DNA of 52,509 nucleotides from the IMG/VR virus record IMGVR_UViG_3300020131_000001, positions 1 to 52,509 of that record. One strand, given 5' to 3'. Both the position numbers and the translations under genes were made by a program. The notes beneath the pieces were generated by a model. It saw nothing but the letters and a program-made list of their open reading frames with translations, ran no database searches and was not told the origin of the DNA. The DNA comes from a virus. Shown piece after piece: positions 51,780-52,509 of the stretch. Position 1 is the first letter of the stretch, and each line of letters begins with the position of its first letter.

Positions 51780-52157
51780 GTGCCTACGTACCCATCTCTA
51801 ACAACTATAAGACCTTCGTACTACAACGAAGAAGCACCCGAATGGCCGGGACTCAAACAGGAGTATCAGGACGGCGGGGCGGATTACCTTTCTCTATCGG
51901 ATACAGCAATTAGACGCTGGACAATTCTATACGCATCCCCGGGTGGTTTAACTGCGGCTGAAGCAACTACATTTACAACTCTTATAGCTTCTGTGAAGTA
52001 CAACCCCAGAGAAGGGTCATTAGTAGGGATGGATTTTACGCCGCGTGGTGAAGCTTTAATTTCTAATGTTCACTTTGATGAAGGTGGGTTTGTGATTAGG
52101 AGAGGGCCGAGGGCGCACATTTACTTAATAGAGTGCCGATTGATTAAGAGGCCATAA
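51780..52157 (+). CDS. Minor tail protein (lambda gpM-like).
   Basis: GTG start. EYQDGGADY...RRWTILYAS..LTAAEATTF...MDFTP...VHF parallels gpM FGDGYSQR...YSVTL...EEA..FL...F.W.P. Confidence 0.5.
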   Translation: MPTYPSLTTIRPSYYNEEAPEWPGLKQEYQDGGADYLSLSDTAIRRWTILYASPGGLTAAEATTFTTLIASVKYNPREGSLVGMDFTPRGEALISNVHFDEGGFVIRRGPRAHIYLIECRLIKRP

Positions 52158-52160
52158 ACC

Positions 52161-52316
52161 ATGAAAAGAATCAAAGCTTGGATTAAGCAATTCATCATTA
52201 ACACCGTGATAGAGGACATGAAGGCGAATGGGCGACTAAGGCAGACAGTTAATGTCACGGTTCGCCCTTCCGACTCTCATATCACGCGGGTAGTGAGCAA
52301 AGAACACAAGGCATAG
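52161..52316 (+). CDS. Possible 51-aa protein.
   Basis: My translation: MKRIKAWIKQFIINTVIEDMKANGRLRQTVNVTVRPS... Its stop TAG abuts the ATG at 52317. Confidence 0.35.
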   Translation: MKRIKAWIKQFIINTVIEDMKANGRLRQTVNVTVRPSDSHITRVVSKEHKA

Positions 52317-52509
52317 ATGCAGCAAGTAAATTCAACCCTTCTTTCGAGACTTCAGCAGCCCGTATCAGGTACGGAGACGGAGCGGAAGCCCGCCGAGTTG
52401 GTGGAATTTTACGCTAACGACTACATCCCTGATTCTTCTGGCTTTGACCCCGCCGACGCCGTAGAGACCTTTGCTGCAATCGAAATTACATGGAACGGAA
52501 TAGCGTATA
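52317..52509 (+). CDS. 5' end of the host-specificity gene. It continues at base 1 (52383 corresponds to base 1).
   Basis: ATG 52317 followed by 22 codons with no stop, running in frame into the repeat and then into the 1-4539 ORF. Confidence 0.75.
   Translation, partial: MQQVNSTLLSRLQQPVSGTETERKPAELVEFYANDYIPDSSGFDPADAVETFAAIEITWNGIAY
52383..52509. repeat. Right copy of the 127-bp terminal direct repeat.
   Basis: Identical to 1-127. Confidence 0.95.

Noticed and set aside
1-52509. A search for reverse transcriptase/DGR, transposase/IS elements, CRISPR-cas, rRNA, toxin-antitoxin pairs and host flanking genes.
   Set aside because: I found no YxDD RT motif, no DDE or serine-recombinase ORFs other than the tyrosine integrase, no repeat-spacer arrays and no host-like housekeeping genes. 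The contig closes on itself.

Overview
The window is a complete, circularly closed genome of a temperate lambda-like siphovirus. Bases 1-127 are identical to 52383-52509, so the unique length is about 52,382 bp. There is no host flank, rRNA, CRISPR array, transposase or reverse transcriptase. Layout: (i) 52317->wrap->6543 (+) holds a roughly 1534-aa gpL/J-like host-specificity protein, a LamG-domain protein and an HNH-AP2 endonuclease. (ii) 6530-10351 (-) is a b-region-like block of unknown genes. (iii) 10558-19884 (-) is the leftward early operon: tyrosine integrase, excisionase, a C5-cytosine methyltransferase, a DPPY amino-methyltransferase, a Rieske protein and many small Cys-rich ORFs. 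It is driven by a near-consensus sigma70 promoter at 19938-19966. (iv) 20015-21489 is the immunity region: a leftward ribbon-helix-helix (RHH) repressor plus a PAS-domain gene ending in a strong terminator, facing a rightward RHH gene, with a shared GGTATAT operator motif. (v) 21501-32135 (+) is the rightward early operon: T5orf172 protein, a non-canonical tRNA-like element, a TPR protein, an L7/L12-CTD-like protein, a third methyltransferase, a replication initiator with internal iterons, DnaB and a PD-(D/E)XK nuclease. It ends at a terminator at 32170-32228. (vi) 32254-36088 (+) encodes a peptidoglycan-binding protein and membrane proteins and is the putative lysis region. (vii) 36338-52316 (+) is the late operon: TerS, TerL, portal, Mu-F-like protein, an HslV/proteasome-like Ntn peptidase, scaffold, gpD-like and gpE-like capsid proteins, connectors, major tail, chaperones, tape measure and a gpM-like protein. 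A two-gene antisense membrane/secreted cassette sits between the tape measure and gpM-like genes. Functional calls rest on motifs I read in the translations, plus gene order and RBS context. No database search was run.
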